Shown: positions 38,408 through 47,820, counted from the stretch's first letter. The stretch: DNA of 64,000 nt from Phycisphaeraceae bacterium (GCA_040905565.1 JBBDRF010000059.1:41877-105876), one strand, 5' to 3'. Notes: generated by a model from the letters alone, not told the origin. Numbers and translations: made by a program.

Positions 38408-41400
38408 ATGCAAATCCGATTCTTGATCTGTTCTGTTGTGGTGCTTGCCGGCATCGCCTGGGGCGCGTCGCAGATGACCGCCGCCACCGCCGACAACCTC
38501 GACCTGGCGCCAGAAACCCGCATCGTCCTGATGGGCAACGGCCTCGGCTCACGCATGCTCCACTTCGGCCATTTCGAGACGGGCCTCCATCTGCGTTACC
38601 CCGAGCACAAGCTGTTCATTCGCAACATGGCTGACGAAGGCAACACGCCCAGTTTCCGCCCCCATTCCGGCCGCGGCCATCAACTCGGCTTCCCCGGTGC
38701 CGAGCAGTTCCACGCGCCTTACTCCGACGGCAACACCGCCAACGGCGTCGGACATTTCGCCACCGAAGAGGAGTGGCTCACGGAGCTCAAGCCCGATGTC
38801 CTCATCGCCTTCTTCGGCTTCAACGAATCGTTCATGGGCAGCACCGGACTGAACCATTACCGGGCCGAACTCGACGCGTTCGTCAAGCACACGCTCAGTC
38901 AGCAGTACAACGGTGAATCGCCCGCAGAACTCGTGCTCGTTTCGCCGACGGCCTATCAGGACATCACCGCCACGATGGACGTGCCCGACGGCGAGGATGA
39001 AAACGTCAACCTCGCCGCCTACGTCTCCGTCATGGAAAACGTCGCCTCGGAGAACAACGTCCGATTCGTCGACGCCTTCCACGCCTCCCAGCAGTGGTAT
39101 GAGGCGACCGACGAACCACTGACCTCCGACGGCGCCCTGCTCAATGACGCCGGCTATGAGAAGCTCGCGGCTCTGCTGATGGACGAGGTCTTCGGTCCCG
39201 GCACCGCTCAGGCCGAAGCACATCGCGACGCCGTTCACGAACTGGTGGACGACAAGAACTGGCTGTGGATCAACGACTTCAAAATCCCCAACGGCGTCCA
39301 CGTGTTCGGTCGGCGTCACGACCCATTCGGGCCAGCCAACTATCCGTTCGAACTCGAAAAAATCGGCGAGATGACCGCCATTCGCGATCAGGCCATCTGG
39401 CATGCCGCACAGGGCAAAACGCTCGACATCGCCGCGCTGGATGCCCAGACGTCTTCCCTCCCCGAGGTCGAAACCAACTACAACCCCGGCGGCGTGAAAG
39501 ACGGCAGGCTCACCTTCCTCAAGGGCGAAGAAGCGCTCGAGACCATCAAGGTGCCCGAAGGTTACAAGATCGAACAGTGGGCCACGGAGCAGGAGTTCCC
39601 CGACCTGGCCAACCCCGTTCAGCTGACCTTCGACAACAAGGGCCGCCTCTGGGTCGCCACCATGCCCAGCTATCCGCATTGGCGACCGGGCGACCCCCGC
39701 CCCAACGACAAACTGCTCATCCTCGAAGACACCAACGGCGACGGTAAGGCCGACCAGCAGACCGTCTTCGCCGACGGCCTGCATCTGCCGATGGGCTTCC
39801 AGATCGCCGCCGAGGGCGTCTACGTCTCCCAGGGCATCCACCTCGTCCTGCTCAAAGACACCGACGGCGACGACAAAGCCGATTCCAAAGAGATCGTCTT
39901 CAGCGGGTTCGACGACCACGATACCCACCACGCCATCAGCGCCTTCGCCACCGACCCCTCCGGCGCCATCATGATGTCCGAAGGCGTGTTCCTCCGTACC
40001 AACGTCGAAACCGCCTACGGCACCGTTCGTGGCACCGACGGCGGGTTCTACCGCTTCAACCCCCAACGCCGTCACCTCGAACGCCACGCACAGCTGCCCA
40101 TCCCCAACCCCTGGGGCATCGCCTTCGACGACTGGGGCCAGCACTTCTTCCTCCAGACTTCAGGCCCCGCCATGCAGTGGATGCTGCCCGGCTCAATCCG
40201 CCCGAAGTACGGCGTTTCCTCGCCCCCCGGTCCTGACCTCATCCAGCCCGAGCATCGCGTCAGGCCCACCTCGGGCCTTGAGCTCATGAGCAGCCGCCAC
40301 TTCCCCGACGACGTGCAAGGGGACTTGATGCTGAACAACACCATCGGCTTCCTCGGCACCAAGCAACACCAGATGATCGACGACGGCACCGGCTACACCA
40401 CCGAATTCCGCCAGAACCTGACCGACTCCACCGACAGCAACTTCCGGCCGGTCGATCTGGAGATCGCGCCCGACGGCTCGCTGTACATCGTCGATTGGCA
40501 CAACCCGCTCATCGGCCACATGCAGCACAACGCACGCGACCCAAACCGTGACCATGCCCACGGCCGCATCTACCGCATCACCTATCCCAGTCGGCCGCTC
40601 GTTGAGCCCGCCGAGATCGACGGTGCCAGCATCGAACAGCTGCTGGAGAACCTCAAGCTGCATGAATTCCGTGCCCGCGAGCGCACCCGCCGTGAACTGC
40701 GTGGCCGTGATGCCGACGAAGTGCTCGCCGCGCTCGACAGCTGGGTCGCCGGGCTCGATGAGTCGCACCCCGACCATGAGCATCGCCTGCTTGAAGCGCT
40801 GTGGGTGACGTGGGGCCTCAACCGCGTCGACGAGCCGCTGCTGCGTCGCCTGCTTGCCTCGGAAGATCATCGTGCCCGCGCTGCGGCGGTGCGCGTGCTC
40901 CGTTACACCGGCCATCAGGTGCCCGAACAGGTCGATCTGCTTAAGCAGGCCGCCCAGGACGAGCACGGCCGGGTTAAACTCGAAGCCATCGTTGCAGGGT
41001 CATGGCTGAAGGAAACCGACGGCTTGGCCGTTCTCGGTGCCGCCGAATCGCCCGAACCTGCTGCCACTGCCGAGCAGGTCAAGGTCAGTCCCGACGGCGG
41101 GCTCATCGAAATCACCCCGCCCCAGGCCGCCGACAGCGTCACCGGTTTCACCATCGCACTGCCCGGCAACAACCGCGTGATCAACCTCGCCGAGATGCAG
41201 ATCCACGCCGACGGCAACGACATCACCGATCAGGCCACGCTGTCGCAATCGTCGGAATACAACGACGACCAGTTCCCCATCGCCAATCTCGTCGACGGCG
41301 ACACCGACAACTTCTCCCACACCGCCTTTGAGAACGATCCGTGGGTGCGGGTTGAATTCGAGTCGCCCGTCGCCATCGACACCATCAAGATCTGGAACCG

Positions 41401-42031
41401 CCAGGGGTTCGAAGGACGCATCAACAACGCCCGCGTCGCCTTCCATCACGGCGACCGCGAGACGGCCTCGGTGCGGGTCCGCGTCGCCAGCGGCCCCTTC
41501 GCCGACGATAGCTGGATCGAACCGACCTACCAAACCGCCTCCGCACATCTCAACGACCGCACCATCGTGGTCGAGGAAGAAAAGGCCGGAGTGCCCGAGC
41601 GGCTCGCCGGCGACGAAAAACTCAGTGAGATGTTCACCCAAGGCGCGCAGATCTACATGCGAGAAGGCCACTGCGCCACCTGCCATCAACCCGACGGCCA
41701 AGGCCTGCCCGCCGCCGGTTTCCCGCCGCTCGCGGGGACACGCTGGGTCATGGAGAGCGACGATCGGCTCATCAAGATCACCCTCAAGGGCCTTCATGGG
41801 CCCATCGAGGTCAAGGGCCAGCAGTACCCGGGCCAGGTGCCGATGACCGGTTTCGAAGCACTGCTGAACGATGAAGAAATCGCAGCGGTCCTGACCTACG
41901 TCCGCAACGCCTTCGGCAACGAAGGGGACACCATCTCAGCCGATCAGGTCGAGCGGGTCCGCGAAGAGGCGAAGGGCCACATCGGCTTCTATCAGCCCAC
42001 GCAACTGCTCGAGGCCCACCCGCACGAGTGA
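38408..42031 (+). CDS. PVC-type heme-binding CxxCH protein (SGNH-like, beta-propeller dehydrogenase-like, HEAT, discoidin-like and cytochrome c domains)
   Basis: Signal peptide; 'FFGFNES', 'DTNGDGKAD', 'FRPVD', 'DHAHGRIYRI', HEAT-like helices, 'CATCH' heme site, 'PMTGF'. Confidence 0.88.
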   Translation: MQIRFLICSVVVLAGIAWGASQMTAATADNLDLAPETRIVLMGNGLGSRMLHFGHFETGLHLRYPEHKLFIRNMADEGNTPSFRPHSGRGHQLGFPGAEQFHAPYSDGNTANGVGHFATEEEWLTELKPDVLIAFFGFNESFMGSTGLNHYRAELDAFVKHTLSQQYNGESPAELVLVSPTAYQDITATMDVPDGEDENVNLAAYVSVMENVASENNVRFVDAFHASQQWYEATDEPLTSDGALLNDAGYEKLAALLMDEVFGPGTAQAEAHRDAVHELVDDKNWLWINDFKIPNGVHVFGRRHDPFGPANYPFELEKIGEMTAIRDQAIWHAAQGKTLDIAALDAQTSSLPEVETNYNPGGVKDGRLTFLKGEEALETIKVPEGYKIEQWATEQEFPDLANPVQLTFDNKGRLWVATMPSYPHWRPGDPRPNDKLLILEDTNGDGKADQQTVFADGLHLPMGFQIAAEGVYVSQGIHLVLLKDTDGDDKADSKEIVFSGFDDHDTHHAISAFATDPSGAIMMSEGVFLRTNVETAYGTVRGTDGGFYRFNPQRRHLERHAQLPIPNPWGIAFDDWGQHFFLQTSGPAMQWMLPGSIRPKYGVSSPPGPDLIQPEHRVRPTSGLELMSSRHFPDDVQGDLMLNNTIGFLGTKQHQMIDDGTGYTTEFRQNLTDSTDSNFRPVDLEIAPDGSLYIVDWHNPLIGHMQHNARDPNRDHAHGRIYRITYPSRPLVEPAEIDGASIEQLLENLKLHEFRARERTRRELRGRDADEVLAALDSWVAGLDESHPDHEHRLLEALWVTWGLNRVDEPLLRRLLASEDHRARAAAVRVLRYTGHQVPEQVDLLKQAAQDEHGRVKLEAIVAGSWLKETDGLAVLGAAESPEPAATAEQVKVSPDGGLIEITPPQAADSVTGFTIALPGNNRVINLAEMQIHADGNDITDQATLSQSSEYNDDQFPIANLVDGDTDNFSHTAFENDPWVRVEFESPVAIDTIKIWNRQGFEGRINNARVAFHHGDRETASVRVRVASGPFADDSWIEPTYQTASAHLNDRTIVVEEEKAGVPERLAGDEKLSEMFTQGAQIYMREGHCATCHQPDGQGLPAAGFPPLAGTRWVMESDDRLIKITLKGLHGPIEVKGQQYPGQVPMTGFEALLNDEEIAAVLTYVRNAFGNEGDTISADQVERVREEAKGHIGFYQPTQLLEAHPHE

Positions 42032-42105
42032 TGTGCTGTGGGGCAGCTGCGAGCGATCCCGCACCGCAGTCCCAAGCCTGAACTGAAGGCGACTTGGTAA
42101 CAATC

Positions 42106-42145
42106 AAAGCCGGCCCCGTTTGAGAAGAATGGGGCCGGCTTTTTT
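42106..42145 (+). terminator. Intrinsic terminator, possibly bidirectional
   Basis: AAAGCCGGCCCC...GGGGCCGGCTTTTTT between convergent genes. Confidence 0.8.
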
Positions 42146-42250
42146 GGTTCATCATCAGGTTTTAGAGCCGAAGCGAATGGATGTGCGGCAGAAACGTCAC
42201 GTGCAGTCTAGTTGTCGCGGGCCCAGCGATTTCCGCATGGATCAGTGCTC

Positions 42251-43216
42251 TTATTGAAGCCCGACGGCTTGGAGGCCCAACTCGATGAGCCGAAGCTGGA
42301 GCTTCGCCGCGATCGGCAACGGCAGGGCGTGCAGCGGTTGGTTCGGTTGCCGAGTGTCGCGGCGCGTCGCTCCCGCAGGTCCCACGAACAGCGGCAACTC
42401 GGTGACCAGGCACAGCGGATCGCCGCCGAGCTTCCGGACGAATTCCATGGAGCTGTCGTGGAACAGCTTCGCGGTTTCGGCATCGCCCAGGGCTTCAAAA
42501 CGCGCCCGCATCGCTTCGCCGCGAGGCGTCGTCGAAAAGCCGGGCCCCAGGTACTCAAAACCCTTCTCGCCTTGCCGATCCCAATCCAGCAGCCCCAGCC
42601 CCTCCGCCTGAACCGCCTCGACCCACCGCTGCTTCAGATCGGCTGTGCGATCGCGCCAGTGTCGATCGATCAGCAGCCACGCCCCTTCGCCCACCGCCAT
42701 ACCATGCAGACTGAAGTGCAGGTCGATCGGCCCCCATTGCCGCAACAGCACCGCCACGGCTTGGTTCTCCGGCCGCATCTCCGGATACCCGAACTCAATA
42801 TCCCGCCCCGGCCGCTCGCGCACCGCATGCTCCGCGAACGCCAGCGGATCGGGCCAGCGTTCGATCCAGGGCTGATTCGCCGCCTCGCCGTCGGGATTCA
42901 CGTGCGGCACGATGATGAACGTCACCCGCTCCAGCAGTTCCGCCAGCGCTTCGCGATGCTCAATCAGCCCCACGCATAGCAGCCTGAGCACCTCGGGCCC
43001 CACCGGCTCATCCGCATGAGCCCCCGCCACAAGTGAAACGTGCCGCGGCCCCTTTCCGATCATCGCAGCATAAAGCGGCCGCCCCGCTTCGCTGTGACCG
43101 ATGTGCTCGAATCGGGCGATCTCGGGATGCTTCGCACACGCCTCGGCGATCGGCCCCTCCGCCTCCGCGTGCGTGGTGAACGTCATCCCCTCGGTGTTAA
43201 GAATTTCATTGAGCAT
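42251..43216 (-). CDS. M14 family zinc carboxypeptidase
   Basis: 'IGHSEAGR', 'GAHADE' (HxxE), 'PHVNPDG', 'SLHG'. Confidence 0.85.
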   Translation of the reverse strand: MLNEILNTEGMTFTTHAEAEGPIAEACAKHPEIARFEHIGHSEAGRPLYAAMIGKGPRHVSLVAGAHADEPVGPEVLRLLCVGLIEHREALAELLERVTFIIVPHVNPDGEAANQPWIERWPDPLAFAEHAVRERPGRDIEFGYPEMRPENQAVAVLLRQWGPIDLHFSLHGMAVGEGAWLLIDRHWRDRTADLKQRWVEAVQAEGLGLLDWDRQGEKGFEYLGPGFSTTPRGEAMRARFEALGDAETAKLFHDSSMEFVRKLGGDPLCLVTELPLFVGPAGATRRDTRQPNQPLHALPLPIAAKLQLRLIELGLQAVGLQ

Positions 43217-43255
43217 CCTGACAGTCTAACTCCATCGCTCATCGCGCATCGCCCC

Positions 43256-43309
43256 TAGCCGCGAGGCTACGCCTCGCCGGTCCCCCAGCCAGACGTAGTC
43301 TCGCGGCTA
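43256..43309. repeat. REP-like inverted repeat
   Basis: TAGCCGCGAGGCTACG(43256) and CGTAGTCTCGCGGCTA(43294-43309), 1 mismatch; the left arm extends to the hairpin GCGAGGC-TAC-GCCTCGC. Confidence 0.75.
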
Positions 43310-43414
43310 TCTTCGAAACTGATCGCCCGCTGCGTGCGTCAGTTTGTTATTATCTGCTGGACAAGCGGATTTTCTGCACGACACGCCCCCGGACACCCGA
43401 TAATTATCTATTGC

Positions 43415-43966
43415 ATGTTTGCTTTGCTCCGACAGATCGGCGACGCGCTCGACCGGATCGACCTCGCCGGCTGGACGCTCACGCTCAGCGGCATGATCGT
43501 CGTCGCTGTGACCGTCATTACGCCCGCCTACCTTGAAGCCCGGCAGATCGAGGCGCAATGCATCGTCCTCCGTCAGGCCGCCACACGCACCGACTCGCAC
43601 TACCAGAATTACATCGCCTTTGATCAGGCGCTCAGGCGTAACGATCCGCTCCTGCTCGAACGCCTCGCCTGGCACCACCTGCGGATGAGGCCGGCGGGCA
43701 CCGACGCGATGGAAACCCTGGAAGATCCCTGGCTGGTGCCGAGCGTCGACCAGTGGGTCGCCCCGCCCAGCGAATCGATCATGATCCCCGCTGAGATCAA
43801 GCTGCCCGATTCCACGCTGGTTCGGCTGATCACCGCCGAGCCTCGGCCGTGGGTGCTTGCTTTCGGTGCCTGGCTCATCCTCGTCGGGCTGCTGATCAAT
43901 CCCACCGTCGCATCGCGGGACGACGAAGAAGACGACGCCGCCGACGAGGATGAAGAGGCAAGATGA
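43415..43966 (+). CDS. Membrane protein with FtsB/DivIC-like motif
   Basis: N-terminal TM, coiled coil, 'LRRNDPLLLERLAWHHLRMRPAG', a second TM and an acidic tail; overlaps the dprA start (ATGA). Confidence 0.6.
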   Translation: MFALLRQIGDALDRIDLAGWTLTLSGMIVVAVTVITPAYLEARQIEAQCIVLRQAATRTDSHYQNYIAFDQALRRNDPLLLERLAWHHLRMRPAGTDAMETLEDPWLVPSVDQWVAPPSESIMIPAEIKLPDSTLVRLITAEPRPWVLAFGAWLILVGLLINPTVASRDDEEDDAADEDEEAR

Positions 43967-45150
43967 CGCCGACGCCTGACGCTGCCGTTTTCCACGCTCG
44001 CCTGAAGCTGAATCTGGTCAACGGCCTCGGCCCCATCCTCACGCAGCGTCTCGAGGAGTCGCTCGGCTCCGCCGAAGCCATCTGCGACGCGTCGGTGCAA
44101 CAGCTCAGCGGCGTGCAGGGCATCGGCCGGAAGAAGGCCGAGATGATCCGCCGTTCGCTCGACGAGACCGACGTCGATCGCGAACTCGCCCTCATCGCAG
44201 AGTTCGGCGTGAACGTCGTCAGCATCCATGACGAGGCCTATCCCGCACTGCTGAGGCACATCATCGATCCGCCGCCGTTGCTGTACGTGCGTGGCACGCT
44301 TGAACGCACCGATGCGCTCGGCCTCGCGATCGTCGGCTCGCGCCGCTGCACCGCCTACGGGCGTGAACAGGCCGACCGCATGGCTGCCCTCGGATCGCAG
44401 GCGGGGCTGACCATCATCAGTGGTGGGGCGTACGGCATCGACGCAGCCGCCCATCGCGCCACCTTGCGTGTACAAGGCCGAACGATCGCCGTCGTCGGCT
44501 GCGGCCTCGCGCGCTGCTACCCCGCCGACCACGCTGAACTGTTCACACAGATCGCCGACAGTGGCGCCGTCGTTTCCGAGTTCCCGATGACGACCCCGCC
44601 GATCGCTGACAACTTCCCCCGTCGCAATCGCATCATCTCAGGCCTCTCGCTCGGCGTGCTCGTCATCGAAGCCGCCCAGCGCAGCGGGGCCCTCATCACC
44701 GCACGCCTCGCTGCGGAGGAACATCATCGCGAGGTGATGGCGCTGCCCGGGCGAGTCGATTCCGCAGCAAGCGTCGGTTGTCATAAGATCCTGCGCGAGG
44801 GCTGGGCAAGCCTCGTCACCAGCCCCGCCGATGTTCTCGACGCGCTGGGTGAAGCCGGGCAGACGCTGAAGGCCGCCATGACCGAATCGCGCGGATCCGA
44901 TGCTTCGGAAGGCACCGCGAAAGAAAAAGATCACGCCGCGACGGAAAAATCATCATCTGATTGTGAAAATTTACCGACAGATACGCGTAAGGTGCTTGAC
45001 GCGATCCCATGCGAGCCGCTATCAATCGATGAAGTGTGTCGCGCCACCGGATTGGGCGTTCCCGCAGTGCAAGGGCACTTGACGCAGCTGCAACTCACGG
45101 GCCATATCGAACGGCTCCCGGCCAACCAGGTGCGACGCCGGCGTGGGTGA
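43963..45150 (+). CDS. dprA: DNA-processing protein DprA
   Basis: 'YPALLRHIIDPPPLLYVRG', 'AIVGSR', 'ISGGAYGID', 'FPRRNRIISGLS', 'SGALITA', C-terminal winged helix. Confidence 0.95.
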   Translation: MTPTPDAAVFHARLKLNLVNGLGPILTQRLEESLGSAEAICDASVQQLSGVQGIGRKKAEMIRRSLDETDVDRELALIAEFGVNVVSIHDEAYPALLRHIIDPPPLLYVRGTLERTDALGLAIVGSRRCTAYGREQADRMAALGSQAGLTIISGGAYGIDAAAHRATLRVQGRTIAVVGCGLARCYPADHAELFTQIADSGAVVSEFPMTTPPIADNFPRRNRIISGLSLGVLVIEAAQRSGALITARLAAEEHHREVMALPGRVDSAASVGCHKILREGWASLVTSPADVLDALGEAGQTLKAAMTESRGSDASEGTAKEKDHAATEKSSSDCENLPTDTRKVLDAIPCEPLSIDEVCRATGLGVPAVQGHLTQLQLTGHIERLPANQVRRRRG

Positions 45151-45219
45151 GACAATAAATTCGAGCCTCAGGCTCACAAACATCTGTGAAACAAGGACAG
45201 ATAATTGGACGTTGAAAGC

Positions 45220-45978
45220 ATGACCAAGCGTTTCCTCGAAGTGCCCGCTGGGCCCACTCCGCCCGCCGTCGTCAACGTGATCGTCGAGATCGCCAAAGGC
45301 CGACGCAGCAAGTTCGAGATGGACAAGGAAACGGGCATGTTCCGCCTCGACCGTTATCTCTACTCATCCCTGCATTACCCGGGCGACTACGGCTTCATCC
45401 CCCACACGCTCGCACAAGACGGCGACCCGCTCGACATCATCGTCATGGTCAACGAGCCGACCTTCACCGGCTGCCTCATCGAAGCCAGGCCCATCGGCCT
45501 CTTCAAGATGACCGACCGAGGCGTCAACGATTACAAGATCCTCGCCGTGCCTAACTCCGATCCCACCTACGATGATTTCCACGATCTGTGGCGCGTGCCC
45601 CCGCACTTCCTCCGCGAGGTCGAGCACTTCTTCGCCACGTACAAGCAGCTCGAAGAAGCGATCGTCGTGACCCAGGGTTGGGAGTCTTCGGACAAAGCCA
45701 AGGCGGAGATCGAGTTCTCCATCTCCCGCTACGAATCGCAAGTCGACAAAATGCTCGACCGCGAGAAGGCCACGCAGGATCGGCTCCCCAACGCCACCCC
45801 GACGCCGTACGCGCCCCAGGCCGCCGAGAGCGACAAGACCGTCGTCGCGATGCCCAAAAAGGCTCCGGCGAAGAAGACCAAACGCCCGACCCGCGCCAAG
45901 ACCAGCACGAAAAAATCCAACGGCAAGGTCGCTTCCACCAAGACCGCCAAGAAGACGAAGTCGACCAAGAAGCGCTGA
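45220..45978 (+). CDS. ppa: Family I inorganic pyrophosphatase with Lys-rich C-terminal extension
   Basis: 'YPGDYGFIPHT', 'DGDPLD', 'DYKILAV', 'HFFATYK'. Confidence 0.93.
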   Translation: MTKRFLEVPAGPTPPAVVNVIVEIAKGRRSKFEMDKETGMFRLDRYLYSSLHYPGDYGFIPHTLAQDGDPLDIIVMVNEPTFTGCLIEARPIGLFKMTDRGVNDYKILAVPNSDPTYDDFHDLWRVPPHFLREVEHFFATYKQLEEAIVVTQGWESSDKAKAEIEFSISRYESQVDKMLDREKATQDRLPNATPTPYAPQAAESDKTVVAMPKKAPAKKTKRPTRAKTSTKKSNGKVASTKTAKKTKSTKKR

Positions 45979-46009
45979 TCGGACCGGTCACAACACACGC
46001 ATTCGCTTC

Positions 46010-46037
46010 AGCAGGCTGCCCATCGGCAGCCTGCTTT
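46010..46037 (+). terminator. Hairpin, probable terminator
   Basis: AGCAGGCTGCC-CATC-GGCAGCCTGCT followed by a short T-run. Confidence 0.55.
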
Positions 46038-46141
46038 CGCATGGGCATCGGTACGCCGAACAACATCAGCGCTGACCTGAAGGTCGCGCCGGGGTATGAT
46101 GCGACAACTCAATAGCCATCGTCTCTCTCGAAGGAAGCGAC

Positions 46142-46876
46142 ATGACCGAACAATCCAAGCATGAAAATCTGTCGGCCCTCAAGCAGCGCCTCGCTTGCGT
46201 CGCGGCCTTGGTCTGGATCCTCGTGGCCATCGTCATGGTTCAGCAGGCCGTCGCCGGAGCGGAGAAACCGTTCAATACCGAAGACCTCTCTGGCTGGTCG
46301 TTCAAGCATCACGATTCCAACGAGAGCCAATGGCGCGTCGGAACGGCCAAACTCCATCCCGATGATCCCCGCGCTCTGCTTGTCACAGACGGCGATGAGC
46401 TGGTCAATGCGAACGGCCACGGCGTCGACATCTACAGCGACGAAGTCTACGGCGACCACGTCATCGAACTGGAAGTCATGGTGCCCCGCGGCTCCAACTC
46501 CGGTATCTACGTCCACGGCGAGTACGAGGTGCAGGTGCTCGACAGCTATGGTCAGGAAAACCCCGGCGTCGGCGACATGGGAGGCATCTACGGTGCAGCC
46601 CCGCCGACCAATCCCCGCTATGTCGCGCCGGGCGAGTGGAATACCTTCCGCATCGCATTCCGCGCTCCCCGGTTCAACAGCGACGGCGAAAAGACTCACG
46701 ATGCCGTGTTCGAAGAGGTCAAGCTCAACGGCCGCGTGATCCACGAAGATCTCACCATCGGCGGCCCCACGCCCGCCGGCGTCGACGGTCGCGAAAAAGC
46801 CGAGGGCCCCATCATGTTCCAAGGCGACCACGGACCCGTTTCCTATCGCAATATCCGCATCACGCCGCTCGACTGA
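46142..46876 (+). CDS. DUF1080 (3-keto-disaccharide hydrolase family) protein
   Basis: 'DLSGW', 'NSGIY', 'YEVQVLDS', 'GEWN', 'FQGDHGPVSYRNI'. Confidence 0.9.
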   Translation: MTEQSKHENLSALKQRLACVAALVWILVAIVMVQQAVAGAEKPFNTEDLSGWSFKHHDSNESQWRVGTAKLHPDDPRALLVTDGDELVNANGHGVDIYSDEVYGDHVIELEVMVPRGSNSGIYVHGEYEVQVLDSYGQENPGVGDMGGIYGAAPPTNPRYVAPGEWNTFRIAFRAPRFNSDGEKTHDAVFEEVKLNGRVIHEDLTIGGPTPAGVDGREKAEGPIMFQGDHGPVSYRNIRITPLD

Positions 46877-46902
46877 AGGCCAAGTAAGGGGAGAGAATCG
46901 TC

Positions 46903-47595
46903 ATGGCAAACGTTTTTGCCATCAGCTGCCTCGTCGCGATGACGCTGGCGCTGACGCTTACCGGGTGCGGCGACCCCGGCGAGGCAGAGCCTCCCGGGAC
47001 CACCGCAGCGATCGCCGGCGGCGACCCCGCCGGTCGCGTCGCCGAGCGTGCTGAGGATGTGAAGCCGATGAGCGAGGGCGCTCACGCGCCCGTCGGCACA
47101 TTGCTCGACGCCGACGGCGCAGAGGTCGACCTCGAGCAGACCTATGCCGAGGGGCCGACGCTGCTGGTTTTCTTCCGCGGCGGCTGGTGCCCGTACTGCT
47201 CAGAGCACCTGGCGGACCTGATCGATCTCGACCCCGAGATGCGGGAGATGGGCATCCAGATTGTCGCCGTAAGCCCTGATAAACCCGATCTTTTAAGCGA
47301 TAAGGCCGACGAGATGGGGCTGAATTACCGGCTGCTTTCCGACAGCCCCATGACAGTGGCGCAGGCGTTCGGCCTCGCTTTCAGGGTCGACGACGAGACG
47401 ATCGAGCAGTACGACGACTACGGCATCGACCTGGAAGAAAGCTCCGGCCAGTCACATCATCTTCTGCCCGTGCCGGCGGTCTATCTCATTGATCGCGAGG
47501 GCGTGATCCACTTCGCCCACTGGAATCCAGACTACAAGCAACGCGTGGACCCTGCGGACCTTATGGCCGCCGCGACCCGCGTCACCAGCGAGTAA
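46903..47595 (+). CDS. Peroxiredoxin-like (AhpC/TSA) lipoprotein
   Basis: Lipobox 'LTGC', 'FFRGGWCPYC', 'VAVSPD', 'LPVPAVYLID', 'DYKQR'. Confidence 0.9.
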   Translation: MANVFAISCLVAMTLALTLTGCGDPGEAEPPGTTAAIAGGDPAGRVAERAEDVKPMSEGAHAPVGTLLDADGAEVDLEQTYAEGPTLLVFFRGGWCPYCSEHLADLIDLDPEMREMGIQIVAVSPDKPDLLSDKADEMGLNYRLLSDSPMTVAQAFGLAFRVDDETIEQYDDYGIDLEESSGQSHHLLPVPAVYLIDREGVIHFAHWNPDYKQRVDPADLMAAATRVTSE

Positions 47596-47643
47596 CGCTC
47601 GCAGATCTCAACAAGTAAGCGGCGATTCTATACGCGCAACAGA

Positions 47644-47670
47644 GCCGGGTTGTTTCCAACCCGGTTTTTT
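47644..47670 (+). terminator. Intrinsic terminator
   Basis: GCCGGGTTG-TTTC-CAACCCGGT plus a T-run. Confidence 0.8.
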
Positions 47671-47780
47671 CGCGCGCACGTGACGGACAAACCGGCTGTC
47701 TGGTGTGCGGGCGGTGGGCGTGGTGGTGGGGTGGGGGGGGCAGCCGTGGGAAATGTGGCCGCCGCCGTTGCAGATGTGAC

Positions 47781-47820
47781 AAAAAAAAGGCGACGAGAAT
47801 GCCGAAGCAAACTCGCCGCC
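47781..47820 (-). terminator. Intrinsic terminator on the minus strand
   Basis: Minus strand GGCGGCGAG-TTTGC-TTCG-GCATT-CTCGTCGCC followed by T8. Confidence 0.8.

Noticed and set aside
42212..42979. 255-aa plus-strand ORF overlapping the M14 peptidase
   Set aside because: Arg/Pro/Gln-rich shadow of the minus-strand gene, which has the HxxE motif.
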